A DNA stretch of 62,294 nt, filler included, from Chiloscyllium plagiosum (GCF_004010195.1; 5 parts of one record of this genome joined end to end with filler, not necessarily neighbours in it), one strand, 5' to 3'. Shown: positions 26,501 to 40,235, numbered from the whole stretch's first letter. Numbers and translations are program-made. The notes: generated by a model not told the origin, from the sequence alone.

Positions 26501-27360
26501 TTGAATGATGGGTTAGTAAATTTGTGGATGACACTACGTTTGGTGGAGTGTTGTTTATTGCCGAAGGTTACAGAGAGGCATAGATAAACTGCAGATCTGG
26601 CCTCAGATGTGGCAAATGGAGTTTAATGTGGAACTTGTGAGGTGATTCACCGTGGAAGGAGTAACAAGAATGCAGGATTGCTGGGATGATGGCAAAATTC
26701 ATGCTAATGAAGATGAACAGAGAGGTCCAGGGTATCCATGTACACAGATCCCGATAAGTTTCCATCCAGGTTGATATGGCTGTTTAGAAGACAGAAGGTG
26801 GGCTAGCTTTCATTAGTAGAGGGAATGAGTTTCCCAGCCCCGATTTCATGCAGTAGCTGTACAAAATTCTGGTGCATACAGTTATGGTCAGGACATTATA
26901 GGAAGGATGTGGAAGCTTTGGGTTTAGAGGAGATTTACTCCGTTGTTGCCAGGTATTATGAGAAAAGGCTAAGGGTCATGAGACTGTTTTGGTTTGAATT
27001 AAGGTTGAGAGATGACTTTATTGAGGGGTTTAATATAAACAGAGTGTTACATATGGTAAACAGTGAGAGACGTTTCCTAGATTGGTGATGAATCGCACGA
27101 GGGAATATAGCTTTAAATTGAATGGTGATAGATATAGGACAGGTAACAGGTGTAGTGTGTTCATACAGAGAGTAGTTGGGATGTGGAACAGCCTGCCAGC
27201 AACAGTAGTAGACTAGCTCACTTGAAAGACATTTCAATGTCACTGGATTGACAAATGGATGAAAATGGAATTGTGTAGATTCGAGGGACGAGAGATTGGG
27301 TTCACAGATTGACACAACATCGTGAGCCGAAGAGCCTGTACAGGGCTGTGATGTCATATA
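23570..27360 (+). mobile_element. CR1 LINE fragments (endonuclease to RT to 3' tail), spanning the gap at 25446-26000
   Basis: KAFYSYIRN, GVRQESALGSLLF.IFIN.LD, SKFVDDT, W.GHYRKDVEAL; CR1 tail GAGCCGAAGAGCCTGT. Confidence 0.85.
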
Positions 27361-27789
27361 TTATGTATTTGCACTATTATGATGTGGGTGGTTGGTTGTA
27401 GGGAGAGGTGAGGTGGAGGGACTTGTGAGTCATGTATCGGGGACGGTCATTATCCAAGAGGCCTTTCTCCGTAGACACCCGAAGACAATGGGAATCTGAC
27501 TGCTTCTGAATGAAAGGACTATGGCTGTTGCCAGGACAATGTGTAATCACCAACATGATGTACTGTGCATTGGCACACTGTAATATTAATGGAGTGAGAG
27601 GTGAGGTGTCCAGTCACAACAATAAGAGATCCAGGATATTGCCAGATCAACTGAAGTGGTTAGTTAAATCACATTCTTATTCTATTACAGAGAACCATTT
27701 ACTCAGAAGAGATATATAATCAGTACAGAGCACTGTGTAGATGAATCTGTGCTCAGTTCAACTCAACAATCTTCTGAGTGCGGAAAAAT

Positions 27790-28045
27790 GTATAACAATG
27801 CACTGATCTATAAACCTGCTGTAGATATCTGTCCAGCACGTGGAGCTACCCAGACAACAGCTGTACCTTGATGTATAAACCTGGGAAAGAGCCCTGCAAA
27901 CCACAGCCATGTATTGATCTAGGTGTCTGTACAGCACTGACAGCTATGAAGAACACAGCAGTGCAATGAGCTATAACGCCGGACTAGATACCTATCCAGC
28001 ACTGGGAGCCATGCAGACCACAGCAGTAAAATTATACCCAGGCAA
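27790..28045. repeat. Degenerate tandem repeat, ~60-bp unit (CCAGCACTGGGAGC...CCACAGCAGTGCA..GATCTATAAACCTG)
   Basis: About four decayed units read directly. Confidence 0.6.
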
Positions 28046-28444
28046 GTGAAGCACCTTGGAGGAGGTTGGAATGAATTTTACTGCACTTTTTGCAACTTAC
28101 AATGTTTCTGAATGTCATCTTCCAAATCACAGCTGGAATATGCTGACTTACGGGAAAACCTTTTCACTCAAAGAGTGGTGGAAATCTTGAATTAAGTACT
28201 TGTGAGCGTTTTTAGGATAGAAACGCATATTACATTTCAGAAGCATTCAGAGGTACATTTGCGATGCAAAAGCATACAACACCGTGGGCCAAGTGTTGGA
28301 AAGTTGCCTTATAACAGTGAATTAGTTACTTTTCAAGGCACAGATGAGACGGATCAGATGCACGTTTCCTGTATTACAGATTTCAATGGCTCCCTGTGCA
28401 TGTAGAGCTTAGGTATGGACAGTTCAGTCAATCGAGCCTATTCC

Positions 28445-31400
28445 ATCATTTAATAGGGTCATGATTGATCTCACCTTAGATCTCACTCTTGTCGCCTTAA
28501 AGGGCGAGTTTCTGTCGTGTAATGGTTATTATATTCGCCTAACACGTGAAAGGTCCCCCGTTCAAAAATGGACCGAAACAGCCTTACTCCCGATGGCACT
28601 TTTGGGGCGGCATGGTGGCTCAGTCGTTAGCACTGCTCCGTCGCAGCACCAGGGTCCCAGGTTCGACTCCAGACTTGGGCGATTGTCTGTGTGGAGTCTG
28701 CACATTATCCCCATGTCTGTGTGGGTTTCCTCCAGTTTCCTGCACATAGTCTAAAGACATGCAGGTCAGGTAAATTGGGCATGCCAAATTGCCCAGAATG
28801 TTCGGTGCATTCATCAGAGGGAAATGGGTCTGGGTGGGTTAGTATTCGGAGGATCGGTGGAGGGCCGAAGGGCCTGTTTCCACACTAGGGAATCTAATCT
28901 AATCTAATCAAACAACACTGTCCTGCCCACGCTACATAACCCTTCAACCTGCTGCCAACAGAAAATCTGTGGAAGTCCTCCTCGCATTGACTCAATGTTT
29001 CACCACCCAGCAAAACCTCATTTGACGAATTCCACAGTTCTACATACTCTTAGAAAATTGATTCATTCCCATTTTAGTTTTCAGTCTGCCAGTCCCTAAC
29101 CTAAAATCAAGATCTCCCGTTGCAGATTGCCTCACACGAGGAAGCATCCATTCCACGTCTACTTTGTGAACAGCAAGGCTAAAAGTACTTAATAGTTCCT
29201 TCAAAGTCTGCACAAAATATTTACAAGTAGACGCGGGCACAGACAGTCAATGATCCCTGTTGCTCGGAACTAGTTTTTTTGGGGAAATTCCAACATGTGT
29301 GGCAAAGTGCTGGAAATTAATGTTGTATTTGTTTCGAAACATAGAAACATGGAAACATAGAGGATAGAAAGAGGCGGAGGCCATTCTGCTCTTCGAGCCT
29401 TTTCCACCACTCATCACAATTACGGACGATCCTTCAACTCAATAACTTAATTCTGCTTTGTCCGCACAATCTTCAATCCCTTTCGCACAAGTACTACGTC
29501 TAATTGCAACCATATGGGATCAATGTGGATTTCAACAGCTTCCTCATTTGCTCTCCCCTAAGTTATCCCAGTCCCAAGCCTCTAACTCGGCACACCACTA
29601 CTGACATGAATACCACATTTCCCATCCATCTGCTCCACCCTTGTCTCTGATATATCACATTCTCCCTCATCTTAATCTACCTATCGCATCATCAGCTACC
29701 TTCGCGCCGACCAGACCCATCCCTTTAATTCATCTGTCAGCGCCCCTGCACACAAGCCTCATTCCTGATGAAGGGTTTATGCCCACAACTTTGACTCTCC
29801 TGCTCCTAGGATGATGGCAGACCTGATGTGATTTTACAGCACCACATTCTCAACTCTGATCTCCAGCATCTGCTGTCCCCGCCTTTCACTCGAGCCAAGT
29901 ATCGGGCAGGACTCTAGAGGGTTACAAGGCCGCCAGGAAGGAAACAAAGATGGACTTGGGAAAGTTGGAAGGGGCATTAACACTCTTTAGTGGTTAGCTT
30001 TAAGGAAAGCCCTAAGGTATTCTACATTATGTTAAAAAATGTATGGCGGTGGAGTAGCAGGAATGCATGCAGGATATTTAGTATGGGCCTCATTTGCTCC
30101 CATCTGCCTTCTTACTTTTTCTTTCATTTTCTGTTCTTTATAACTTTGCTCTTTTCTCACTTTTGTTTTGTTTCTTTAATCATTTCTCTTCTCTTTCCTT
30201 TACAGCCTTTGCAGTGGTTTAATCACAGCAGTTGTCGCCACTTCTGCCCCACCCAAGAACTTGCCGCAACTGACTTGGCCCAACCAGGACAGGACAGACC
30301 GTGGGCTGGAGCTGGCGATACAGGCCTCTGCCCTCGAGAAGCGCTCCCTTCTTCTTTCTCACTGTCCTTATCTATCTGGCTATCAATGTCCTCTCCGCCA
30401 GCCCGAGGCCCTCGCCCGGGCGTCTCCTCCTGACTCCAGCATCAGGCTGCAGGCTCTACGCATTCCCTTCTATATCCCAACCCTCCTGCATTCAACTTTC
30501 CTCCCCTCACATTGTCCCATCCCTCCTATAGGCCGAACTCTCCTGGGTAAACTTCCTCTTCGCCCAGATACCTACATATACACATATCCCTCCGAAATCC
30601 CAACCCTCGATCTTCCACACTTCCATCTCTCATCCTGCATTCACATACTATTTCCAGTTGTACCATCATCCATGCCTCATATGTCCCCATTCCTTCCTAT
30701 CCCTCCCCATCCTTCATATATCCCCATCCCACACGTGCGCTCACCCTTATGTACTGCTCAGAGTGTGAAAATTCTGACTTCAAACCTCCACTGACTTGCG
30801 GCCATATCTCATCATGGAAAAAGCTTTAGCAGTAAACCCAGCGGACAAACCTCGAGCTGGTGTCCCGAAGGCAGTCCGAAGTTGGCTTCAACCTTGGACT
30901 GGAAACTCCTGCAACAACACAGTTGCCTCTCTACTTCGGTTATTGCCCTTGCTTTGGACAAAACTCGTGCCGAGGAGATAGAACCCTGCGGTCTGGGCAA
31001 TTGCCGGACTTACATACAACCGTTCCCAGCTCTGCTGCCTGGAGAGGACACTCCAGCATTGCCTCAACATGACGGCAAAGCNNNNNNNNNNNNNNNNNNN
31101 NNNNNNNNNNNNNNNNNNNNNNNNNNNNNNNNNNNNNNNNNNNNNNNNNNNNNNNNNNNNNNNNNNNNNNNNNNNNNNNNNNNNNNNNNNNNNNNNNNNN
31201 NNNNNNNNNNNNNNNNNNNNNNNNNNNNNNNNNNNNNNNNNNNNNNNNNNNNNNNNNNNNNNNNNNNNNNNNNNNNNNNNNNNNNNNNNNNNNNNNNNNN
31301 NNNNNNNNNNNNNNNNNNNNNNNNNNATTCATATTCACAACTATGAGTTTATGTACCTTGGCTCCACCATCACGGACACTCTCTCCCTAGACTCTGAAGT

Positions 31401-32263
31401 TAATAGATGAACTGGAGAAGCAGCCTCAACATTTGTTAGGCTCAGAAATAGAGCCCTCGAGAACAGAAAGCTGACGACTCGCACCAAGGTTGCAGTCTAC
31501 AAGGCTTGCACCCTTCACACACTGCTTTATGGCAGGGAGGACTGGAGTTTCTACTCCAGACAACAGCAGTGTCTCAACCCATTCCACCTTCGGAGACTGA
31601 GATGCATCATTGACATCAGGTCGGCTGACTGAGTTACTAACAATGAGTTTCTCGCCCATGCCCAGATTCCTAGCCGCTTCACGCTGCTCCAACAACACTG
31701 TCTCCGCTGGCTGAGCCACGGAAACAGCATGTCCGCCCACAGGATTTAATAGGGCCTGCTGTACGAGGAACTGGCCTTCGGCAAGAGAGCACAACAGCGG
31801 ACCTATCTTCACTTCGAAAATGGCTGCAAGAGACACACGAAGTAACTGAACATGAATGTCGAGAGGTGAGAGGACATTGTAAGCGATCATTCTCGCTCGG
31901 GGCTGGAATTACGCAGAGGTCTAAAAAAGGAGAATAAAAGCTGAGCCTTGCTGCTGAAGAAAAGTGCACTCACCGAGAAAAGAGCTCCAAGATAACACCG
32001 GAGGACAGCACCTTCAATTGCAGTCACTGCAGCCGAGATTGCCACTCCCGTGTGGGCCGCTAGAGCCACATCAGATGCTGCTCTTACAACAAGCATTGAA
32101 GCAAGTATTGCCAGGCGCATATCCATTGTCTCACGAGAATGACGAGTGTACCAATTTTACACGTATGTGAGGAACATGACAATGGCCAGAGTGAAGGTCG
32201 GTCCATCAGGGATAGTGGGGGGAATCTTGTGCTTGCAGTCAGAGGAAGTAGGCAAGGTAGTAA
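28445..32263 (+). repeat. Segmental duplication copy B (HE1 SINE, Penelope-type fragment, RTE remnant)
   Basis: Colinear with 1-3926. Has an extra 141 bp (30663-30803) and an extra 13 bp near 29630, plus scattered substitutions. Confidence 0.95.
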
Positions 32264-32299
32264 TGAACATTTTGCTTGTGGTTTCACTCCTGTGAGATG

Positions 32300-33247
32300 C
32301 CACGAGGTTTCTGAAGACAGTTTGAAACTGATTGATAAGTAAGAACTGGTTGATGTTAAGGAGGATGTGCTGAAAATCTTGACAAAAACATGCTGTATAA
32401 GTCAACTGGGCAGGCTGGGATATACTCAAGGTTGCTACCAGAAGGGAGGGAGTGGGGTATTGCGCCTTTTGCGATGGCATTTGCGTTCTTACTATCCAGT
32501 GGAGTAGTTCCAGAAAATTGGAGGGGGCAAATGCTATTCCCTTGTTCAAGAAAGGGAATAGTGATAGACCTGGGAGCGTCTGTTGTCAGCAATGTCTTGG
32601 AGCATGTTTTGAAAGGCAGGATTAATGATTATTTGGAAAACCATAGATTAATTTGTGACAGTCAATATGCCTTTGTGAGGGGCAGGTCATGTCTCACATA
32701 CGTATCTGAAGCCTTTGAGAATGTGGCAAAACACAGAAGTAAATGCACAACAGTGAGTGCGATTTACATGGACTTTAGCAAGACATTTGATAAGAATCCC
32801 CACGACAGGCTCATTCAGAAAGTAGGGAGACAATCATGCAGACTGGATAAAGAATTGGCTTGCCCAAAGAAGACAGAGTTTGGTAGCAGATGGAATGTAT
32901 TCAGCCGGGAGCTTGGTGACCAGTGTTTTGTCACAGCGATCGGTTCTGGGACACATGCTGTCTGTGACTTTTATAAGTATCTTATACGCAGAACTGGGTT
33001 AGTACGTTTGCCGATGACACGAAGGTTGGTGGTGGATCGTGTGGAGGGCTGTTATACATTGCAACGGGACATTGATAGGATGCAGAATAAGGCTGATAAG
33101 TGGCAGACAGAGTTCAATCTGGAAAGTGTGAAATGATTCACTTTGGAAGATCGAGTTTGAATGCAAATTACAGGGATTAAAGGTAGGACTTTTGGCAGTG
33201 TGGACAAACATAGGGAGCTTGGCGTCCACGTCCATAGATCCCTCAAA
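32300..33247 (+). mobile_element. CR1 ORF2 RT fragment
   Basis: ORF 32390..33136: GVVPENW, QYAFVRGRSCLT, IYMDFSKTFDKNPH, LQRDIDR...WQTEFN. Confidence 0.9.
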
Positions 33248-33347
33248 NNNNNNNNNNNNNNNNNNNNNNNNNNNNNNNNNNNNNNNNNNNNTTAATTAAT
33301 TAANNNNNNNNNNNNNNNNNNNNNNNNNNNNNNNNNNNNNNNNNNNN

Positions 33348-33833
33348 TTAGAATGTGAAGAACGAACTCGACTGTCAACCAGATCTTAGAAAATGCAACT
33401 GCAGAAGTTACATCACAAAACCAGGGGACATTAGCCAAAATATAGTTATCGGTCAATGCAAAATACCAAAATATATTCTTCAAACAGCTAATCACAGCCA
33501 CGGTTCCAAGTGGAATTGCCACCATGTTCTCTCCACAATAATTATTTTTCAGCTTTGTGCAACAAATGACCAAAAATCGATCAAATGTGAAACAGACGGT
33601 GAACCACACGGAACAGTCAGTGGCTGCATAAAGGATGACTGCATGCATATTGCATGCAGGGATATTCATCATCAAAAAAAACTTCTCCCAATGAACAATA
33701 GGAATGTGCCTTAATATTAGGTCAAAGATAAATACCAACAGATCTGCCACGGCCATGGCGTCGGGGTAGTGAGTTATATAATTGGAGAGACCACAATTCC
33801 TCCGAGATAAGACGAAAATCGTCAGTATGTTGA
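33348..33833 (-). CDS. GPR139-like class A GPCR, exon 2 (TM1-TM5), open frame truncated by a gap
   Basis: Acceptor CTCACAG|TC AAC, then NILTIFVLSRRNCGLSNYITHYPDAMAVADLLVFIFDLILRHIP...CNMHAVILYAATDCSVWFTVCFTFDRFLVICC...SCLKNIFWYF...PWFC...EFVLHIL. No stops in 161 codons. Confidence 0.9.
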
Positions 33834-34580
33834 CTGTGAGTAAATGAATTGCAACAGAAAGAAATGTGTAAGGATGGTGTCAAAGTTATAAAATTGCTTC
33901 ATTACTTTATGAACTATTCCAATATATTCTGCACTTTCATTATGGATTGAATTTGCAAGAAATCTCTGAAAACATTAAATTTCATCGTGCAGTCAGTGGA
34001 TTGGTACTTCCAATTTATTCGAATAGTCCATCAATTTGGACAGATGTGCAACAAATATTTCAAAGATCTAACTGCAAGGTNNNNNNNNNNNNNNNNNNNN
34101 NNNNNNNNNNNNNNNNNNNNNNNNNNNNNNNNNNNNNNNNNNNNNNNNNNNNNNNNNNNNNNNNNNNNNNNNNNNNNNNNNNNNNNNNNNNNNNNNNNNN
34201 NNNNNNNNNNNNNNNNNNNNNNNNNNNNNNNNNNNNNNNNNNNNNNNNNNNNNNNNNNNNNNNNNNNNNNNNNNNNNNNNNNNNNNNNNNNNNNNNNNNN
34301 NNNNNNNNNNNNNNNNNNNNNNNNNNNNNNNNNNNNNNNNNNNNNNNNNNNNNNNNNNNNNNNNNNNNNNNNNNNNNNNNNNNNNNNNNNNNNNNNNNNN
34401 NNNNNNNNNNNNNNNNNNNNNNNNNNNNNNNNNNNNNNNNNNNNNNNNNNNNNNNNNNNNNNNNNNNNNNNNNNNNNNNNNNNNNNNNNNNNNNNNNNNN
34501 NNNNNNNNNNNNNNNNNNNNNNNNNNNNNNNNNNNNNNNNNNNNNNNNNNNNNNNNNNNNNNNNNNNNNNNNNNNNNNNN

Positions 34581-35705
34581 AGTCACATTGTGTGCGATGT
34601 GTTCTAGATAGTTGAATAAAAAACTGATTGAGCAACAGGAGACAGAGAGTCATAGTTGAAGGGAGTTTCTCGAAATGAGAAAAGTGACCAGTAGTGTTCC
34701 ACGGGGATCAGTGCTGGGGATACTGTTGTTTGTGGTGCACACAAACAATCTGGAAGAGGGCGATGTTGGTATTATCAGCAAGTTTGCATGTGACACGAAG
34801 ACTGGTGAAGCTGAAAGCGTATGGGACTGTCAAAGGATACAGGAAAATATAGGTAGACTGGAGAGTTGGGGGAGAAGTGGTCGATGGCGTTCAATCCACA
34901 GTAATGTGAGATGAAGCATTTTGGGAAGTCTAATTCTAGAACGAATTACAAATAAACGGAAGAGACATGGGAAAGGTTGATGAGCAGAGAGATTTGGGAG
35001 TTCAGGGTCATTGTACCCTGAAAGTTGCTGCACTGATGGAGAGAATGGTTAAGAAGGCATATGGTGTGCTTGCCTTGATCAGACTGGATATTAATAGTTT
35101 CATTCAAGACTGGATATTGCATGTCAGACCTGGAAAAATTTACAGGACATTGTTTCGGCCACATTGAGAATGCTATGTACAGTTCTGGTCGCCACATTAC
35201 CAAAAGGATGAGGACACTTTCGACAGGGTGCAAAGAAATTGTACGAGTTTTTTGCTTGGCATGGCAGTAGGAAGAGAGGTCGGAAGAGAGATTGAATAGG
35301 TTAGGGTGGCTTTCTTGAGAAAAACAGGAAATTCAGGGATGACCTGATTGACTTCTGTAAAGTCATGAAGTGTATATACACGGTCGACAGAGAAAAGCTT
35401 TGTCCCATGCTAAAAGATTCTCCAAAGTTTTAAAAGTTAGATGAGAAAAGCTTAAAGGGGGCTTTCGCGGCAGGTGTTTTGCACAGAGGGTGGTAGGTTT
35501 CTGGAAGGCCTTGTCATTAGTAGTAGCAGCTGCAGGCACGGTAGTTTCATTTGAGATGCGTTTGGACAAATACATGAGTAGTTGGGGAGCAGAGGGATAC
35601 TGATTCTTCGGTATGAGGCGTCAGATTTAGACCGTGGATTTGAATCGACTGAGGTTTGGAGGGACTAAGGGCCTGTTACTGAGGTGTAAACGTTCTTTGT
35701 TCTTT
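34581..35705 (+). mobile_element. CR1 3' fragment
   Basis: VTSSVPRGSVLG.LLF, ISKFACDTK, YRTLFRPH; CR1 tail. Confidence 0.9.
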
Positions 35706-38700
35706 GTTCGAAATAGAAGGTTGGTGTTCGAACAAAGATTCACAGTCATGTAATCAATTAAGCTGCGAAAAAAAACAACAAATTGAAAAAAGCAAGGAGA
35801 ACATTGAGCCATTGACGAATGTCTGTCTTTGCCAGTCATAAAGGAGAAAGTGAGTACTGCAGATGCTGGATATCAGATTCTTTGCCGTTAAATGGCTGGG
35901 CATATTAGAAAAAAAGATAAAAATAAAGTATTACCTGTACGATAGTTCTAGATCTTTATTCTGAAGCTGTGTTTTATGCTGCTGACGGTTCGCTGAACTA
36001 AGTCCAAAGCTGACGGACGAGTCTTAGTATCATGCAATTAAGCATTTTAGGCCAATTAACCCTTGAGCTTAGAAGAATGGGAGAACATGTAATTGAGATA
36101 TGAAATGTGCTGAAGAATTTAACATAATTTTATCGCGTGCTTAAACAGCTTATCATCTATCCAGACCAGTAAGTGATAAAGGCGACAAGTTAATTGGTCA
36201 TGACAATGAATATTTGATGAGAAGTGAAAAATTCATGAAAGTAGTACTGCTCGACAATACAGGACAGCCTGTTTTACATTTGGCGGATGTGGGAGGCAGG
36301 TGCAAATGCATAATATTGATATTCCATAGAAAGCTTTCTTTACCCTAGTATTCACAGAGCCAACTGGAGATAGTTTCACCATGATTTCTGCAAAATGGAA
36401 TAATGGGAAAGATGATGTAATTGAAATGAAATCACAACAGAACACACATTTTGCTCTATTGAGGACATTGTAGTGTTGGATGATTTGAACATTCACCGTG
36501 TAATAAGATTCATTAACAATTGTAACAATGGGATGTCGGAGAAGTGCTGTGAAGGCTGATTACAAGGATGGTGGCACTAACATGAGGAGAGACTGACTGG
36601 TTTGCAGTGCTTTCACTGATGTTCAGACGAATGACGGGGAATTTCATCGAGACTTATAAAATTCTGGAAAAACAGACATGTAGGATCCTCCCAATGGTCT
36701 AAGTTTATCTCGAGAACCAGGGTGGCCGCCACCTGTTGATTCAGGGAAAACTATTTCAGACAAATATGAAGAGACTGTGAAATTCAATACCACGGGACGC
36801 AGTTGATGCTGAAAGATTTAATGTATTCAAAAGCGGCGATATACAACAACTGGGGCGATTTGGATCAAAGATTATGCGGCAAAAGCTGTATGAGGCTGTT
36901 GAGTTGGAATGCTCGCACATGATTATGATGATTGTTGGAGCAGGGGTCAACGGGCTGAACGGCCGCTTTCTGCTTCATTTTCTCCATGTTTCTGCATCCA
37001 ATGCAGTATTAGCTCGTTAGTTTCCTCAACAGAACACGTCCGAGTGACAGGGGACATGGACACTCACAATTGTGTACGTGGCTACTTGCAAATATTTTCG
37101 AAGACTTGAATGAAACTATTAAGTACATTCAGCATCTCAGTACACAAAGTACACATGGAACTGATGTTTCCTCATGTGAGGAAATCGAGCATGGCACACT
37201 GAAAACTAAGATAAGGATTTATTATCTTTCCAAAAGGGTTGTAAAACTGTAGAATTTACTGCAACAGATTGTGTTGGATAGTGCAATAGTGAGAGGATGG
37301 AAGGAAGAGTTCGACAGAATTGCAATTTGCAGTTAGTTGAAGGAATAAAACGTGCTGGTAGGAACGGGTAGTTGGTTTCAAGCTGAGATCAATGACCAAA
37401 AGACGAAATGATGGAATAGGCTCGATTGGTTAAGTTGTCCAAACCCACTCATAACTTCCGCAGGAATAAAGAGCCTTAGGGCTCTAGAAATCAAGAAAAG
37501 CCCAGAACTATTTTGTCTGTGTCATTCCAAAATAACCAGCTGATTGCTCTCAGGCAATGTTCCGGCACTTGGCAAATAACGTTGTATGCTTTGGCATCGC
37601 CACAAATACCTGAATACATCCGAAATATAATGCGTATGTCTACCTTAAAACACACTTACAAGCAGTGAGTTCCACATTCACACCACCCTTCCAGTGAAAA
37701 TGTGTTTCACTACATCTACTATAAATCTACTATGTCTCACCTGAAATCCATTGTCCTTGGTCATTAATCACTCCAACAATGAGAAATGGTTTTCCTTCCC
37801 TGCGTAGCCTGTTTACACACCACATACATTTTTACAAGTCAACCATGCCTCATCTGACACTCCTCTGCATTGAGTAAAGTCTAATTAATCACTGTCCTGC
37901 AAACTGACACTCAAGAGCAGGGGACATCTTTCTACTAAATTGCTATTACACTCTCTCCAGTATACTGCCATCCCCCTAACTATGCAGATTCAAGAACAGA
38001 ATGCAATCCCTGTATCCTAGCCACAGTATAATCAGGTTCCCAGAAAACGTTATGACTGAAGTAACAAAAGCAATAATCCGACCTTATTAAACACTTCATT
38101 CGTCTGCCCCTATCGTTTAAAGGGCCAAGATCCCATTGATCCATTGGAGCACATAATTGCATATGCTGCAAACTGTACTGGAAACAACAAATTCTGGTGA
38201 TCACAATGCGTTAGACAGCACCCACAGAGAGGAAGAAAGCTAACGTGTTGAGTCTAGATAACGGTTTTGGATAGGAGTCAACTAAATTCATATCGTTAAC
38301 TGCCTCTCTCTCCATGGATAATGTTTAACCCGCTGTGACCTCCAGCATTTGCAATTTCCACTTACCCCCGCGGCTTCCCAGGGTCCGACAAGTGATGTTG
38401 GATTCGATTGCCTTACTGCTTTTATGCTCGAATTCAACTCATCAGCTGAAATTAGGGCATGTATGAAGACTTTGCACTGTGTACAGATGCGAGTTTGCAT
38501 TGCTGAAGATTGTGGAATGTCACATCCTTCCCCATGACGGAGAAGGATATCAGGATCGACTTTAATGGACCATATCGGTTCCAACCATGCTGCAGTGTAT
38601 TGTGGCTTTATAGTAGGTTAATTGTTGTACATACAATGAAAAGTATTTTAAATGGGAGAAAAGGCAGGAAAAACGAAATGAAATTACCTTTTTTATGTGA

Positions 38701-38764
38701 AATGAATAAGATAAATGGCAACCATCTAAGTTGCTACCTCCTGTGCATTAATGTTGGTAAAAAC

Positions 38765-38960
38765 TGAGGACTGCAGATGCTGGAGATCACAGTTGATGCA
38801 TGTGGCGCTGAAAAATCCCAGCAGATAAGGCAGAATCCGACGAGCAGGAAAGTCGACATTTCGGTCACAAGCACGTCATCAAAAACTCTTATGCCTGAAA
38901 TATCTATTTATCGGCTCCTCCAATACTGCCTGGCCTGCTGTACTTTTCCAGCACCAATCA
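38765..38960 (-). mobile_element. Penelope-type palindromic element, degenerate
   Basis: GGACTGCAGATGCTGGAGATC...GTCGACATTTCGG arm followed by the inverted arm GCCTGAAAT...TTTTCCAGCACC. Confidence 0.6.
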
Positions 38961-39291
38961 TTACAGCTTTAATATTGGTGACCGTTGTAAATTTCATAAT
39001 CTTTTAAACATGTGTTGCAGTATATTAATCATTTCCTTTTCTAGTCATATAGATTTGAAGGGGAAAAATCATCTGCCTTCTTACACCGTCGTGTGACTCT
39101 TCCATCTTTCTTCATTCCCATGTACCACTTCAGCTTCGTTTCGGTATCATACCCTCACGCAGTTTATAGCTGCCGCAGATACTCAAGACCTGGTTACTGC
39201 ATATAGCAGACACAAAAATAATTAAGCAGAGAGGCGACGACATGTCAAACATGACCGCTCGAAAGGTTTAGAACCCGATATTGAGACTTAC

Positions 39292-39364
39292 AAGTGACAC
39301 CAAGAACAGCAAGAATGAGTTGGTGATAAAAATCTGGATAATCAGAAGACCAACTGCATGCCAT
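39292..39364 (-). CDS. GPR139-like GPCR exon 1 (probable partner of the exon 2 at 33833)
   Basis: ATG at 39364 gives MACSWSSDYPDFYHQLILAVLGVT then T|GTAAGT phase-1 donor; splices in frame to 33833. Upstream AGATCAGATTTTGAGAG matches the 5' flank of the 12502 exon. The ancestral ATG appears lost, and the intron crosses a 500-N gap. Confidence 0.6.
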
Positions 39365-39659
39365 CTTCTAGCGTCAATCAAACTTTCGAAGCACAGCAGG
39401 CGAACTGGATACACTCCAGTATATTTCCCTGGAATACCAGTTAACCTCTCAAAATCTGATCTATCACAAAAATGCCTCAATTTATGGCTCTCAGTTTACA
39501 ATGCCACCCAATCCCCGAAGCTGATGATTGAGCTGGCACAATGTGAGACATTACTGCAATAATTTCCCTTAAATATGAATGAAATATTCCAGCAACTTAA
39601 TTTCACCTTGTTTTCTTGAGACCAGTAAATGAGATTAAACTCGACACGTAGAATAAATT

Positions 39660-40235
39660 ATCAGAGGGATTGAATTCAAGAGTCATGAGGTGATGTTGCA
39701 GCTGTACAGGACCTTAGTAAGGCCACATTTGAAGTACTGTGTGCAGTTCTGGTCGTCTCACTTTAGGAAAGATGTGGAAACTTTGGAGAGGGTGCAGAGG
39801 AGATATGCCAGGATGTTGCCTGGAGTGGAGAACAGGTCGTACGAGGATAAGTTGAGAGTGCTAGGCCTTTTCTCATTGGAACGTCAAAGGATGAGGGGTG
39901 ACTTGATGGAGGTTTATAACATGATCAGGAGAATAGATAAAGTAGACAGTCATAGACTTTTCCCCCGGGTACAACAGAGTGTTACAAGGGGGCATAAATT
40001 TAAGGTGAATGGTGGAAGGTATAGGGGGGATGTCAGGGGTAGGTTCTTTACACAGAGATTCGTGGGGTCATGGAATGCGCTGTCTGTGGAAGTGGCAGAC
40101 ACAGAATCATGGGTTACCTTTCAGCAGCAATTGGATAGGTACACGGATAAATGCTTAAGCTAGGATAAATGTTAGGCACAACATCTTGGGCCGAAGGGCC
40201 TGTTCTGTGCTGTATTGTTCTATATTCTGTGTTCT
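39660..40235 (+). mobile_element. Relatively young 5'-truncated CR1
   Basis: Uninterrupted 157-aa ORF2 C-terminus (LYRTLVRPHLKYCVQFWS...TRGH...FFTQR.V..WNAL) and intact tail GGGCCGAAGGGCCTGTTCTGTGCTGTATTGTTCTAT. Confidence 0.92.
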
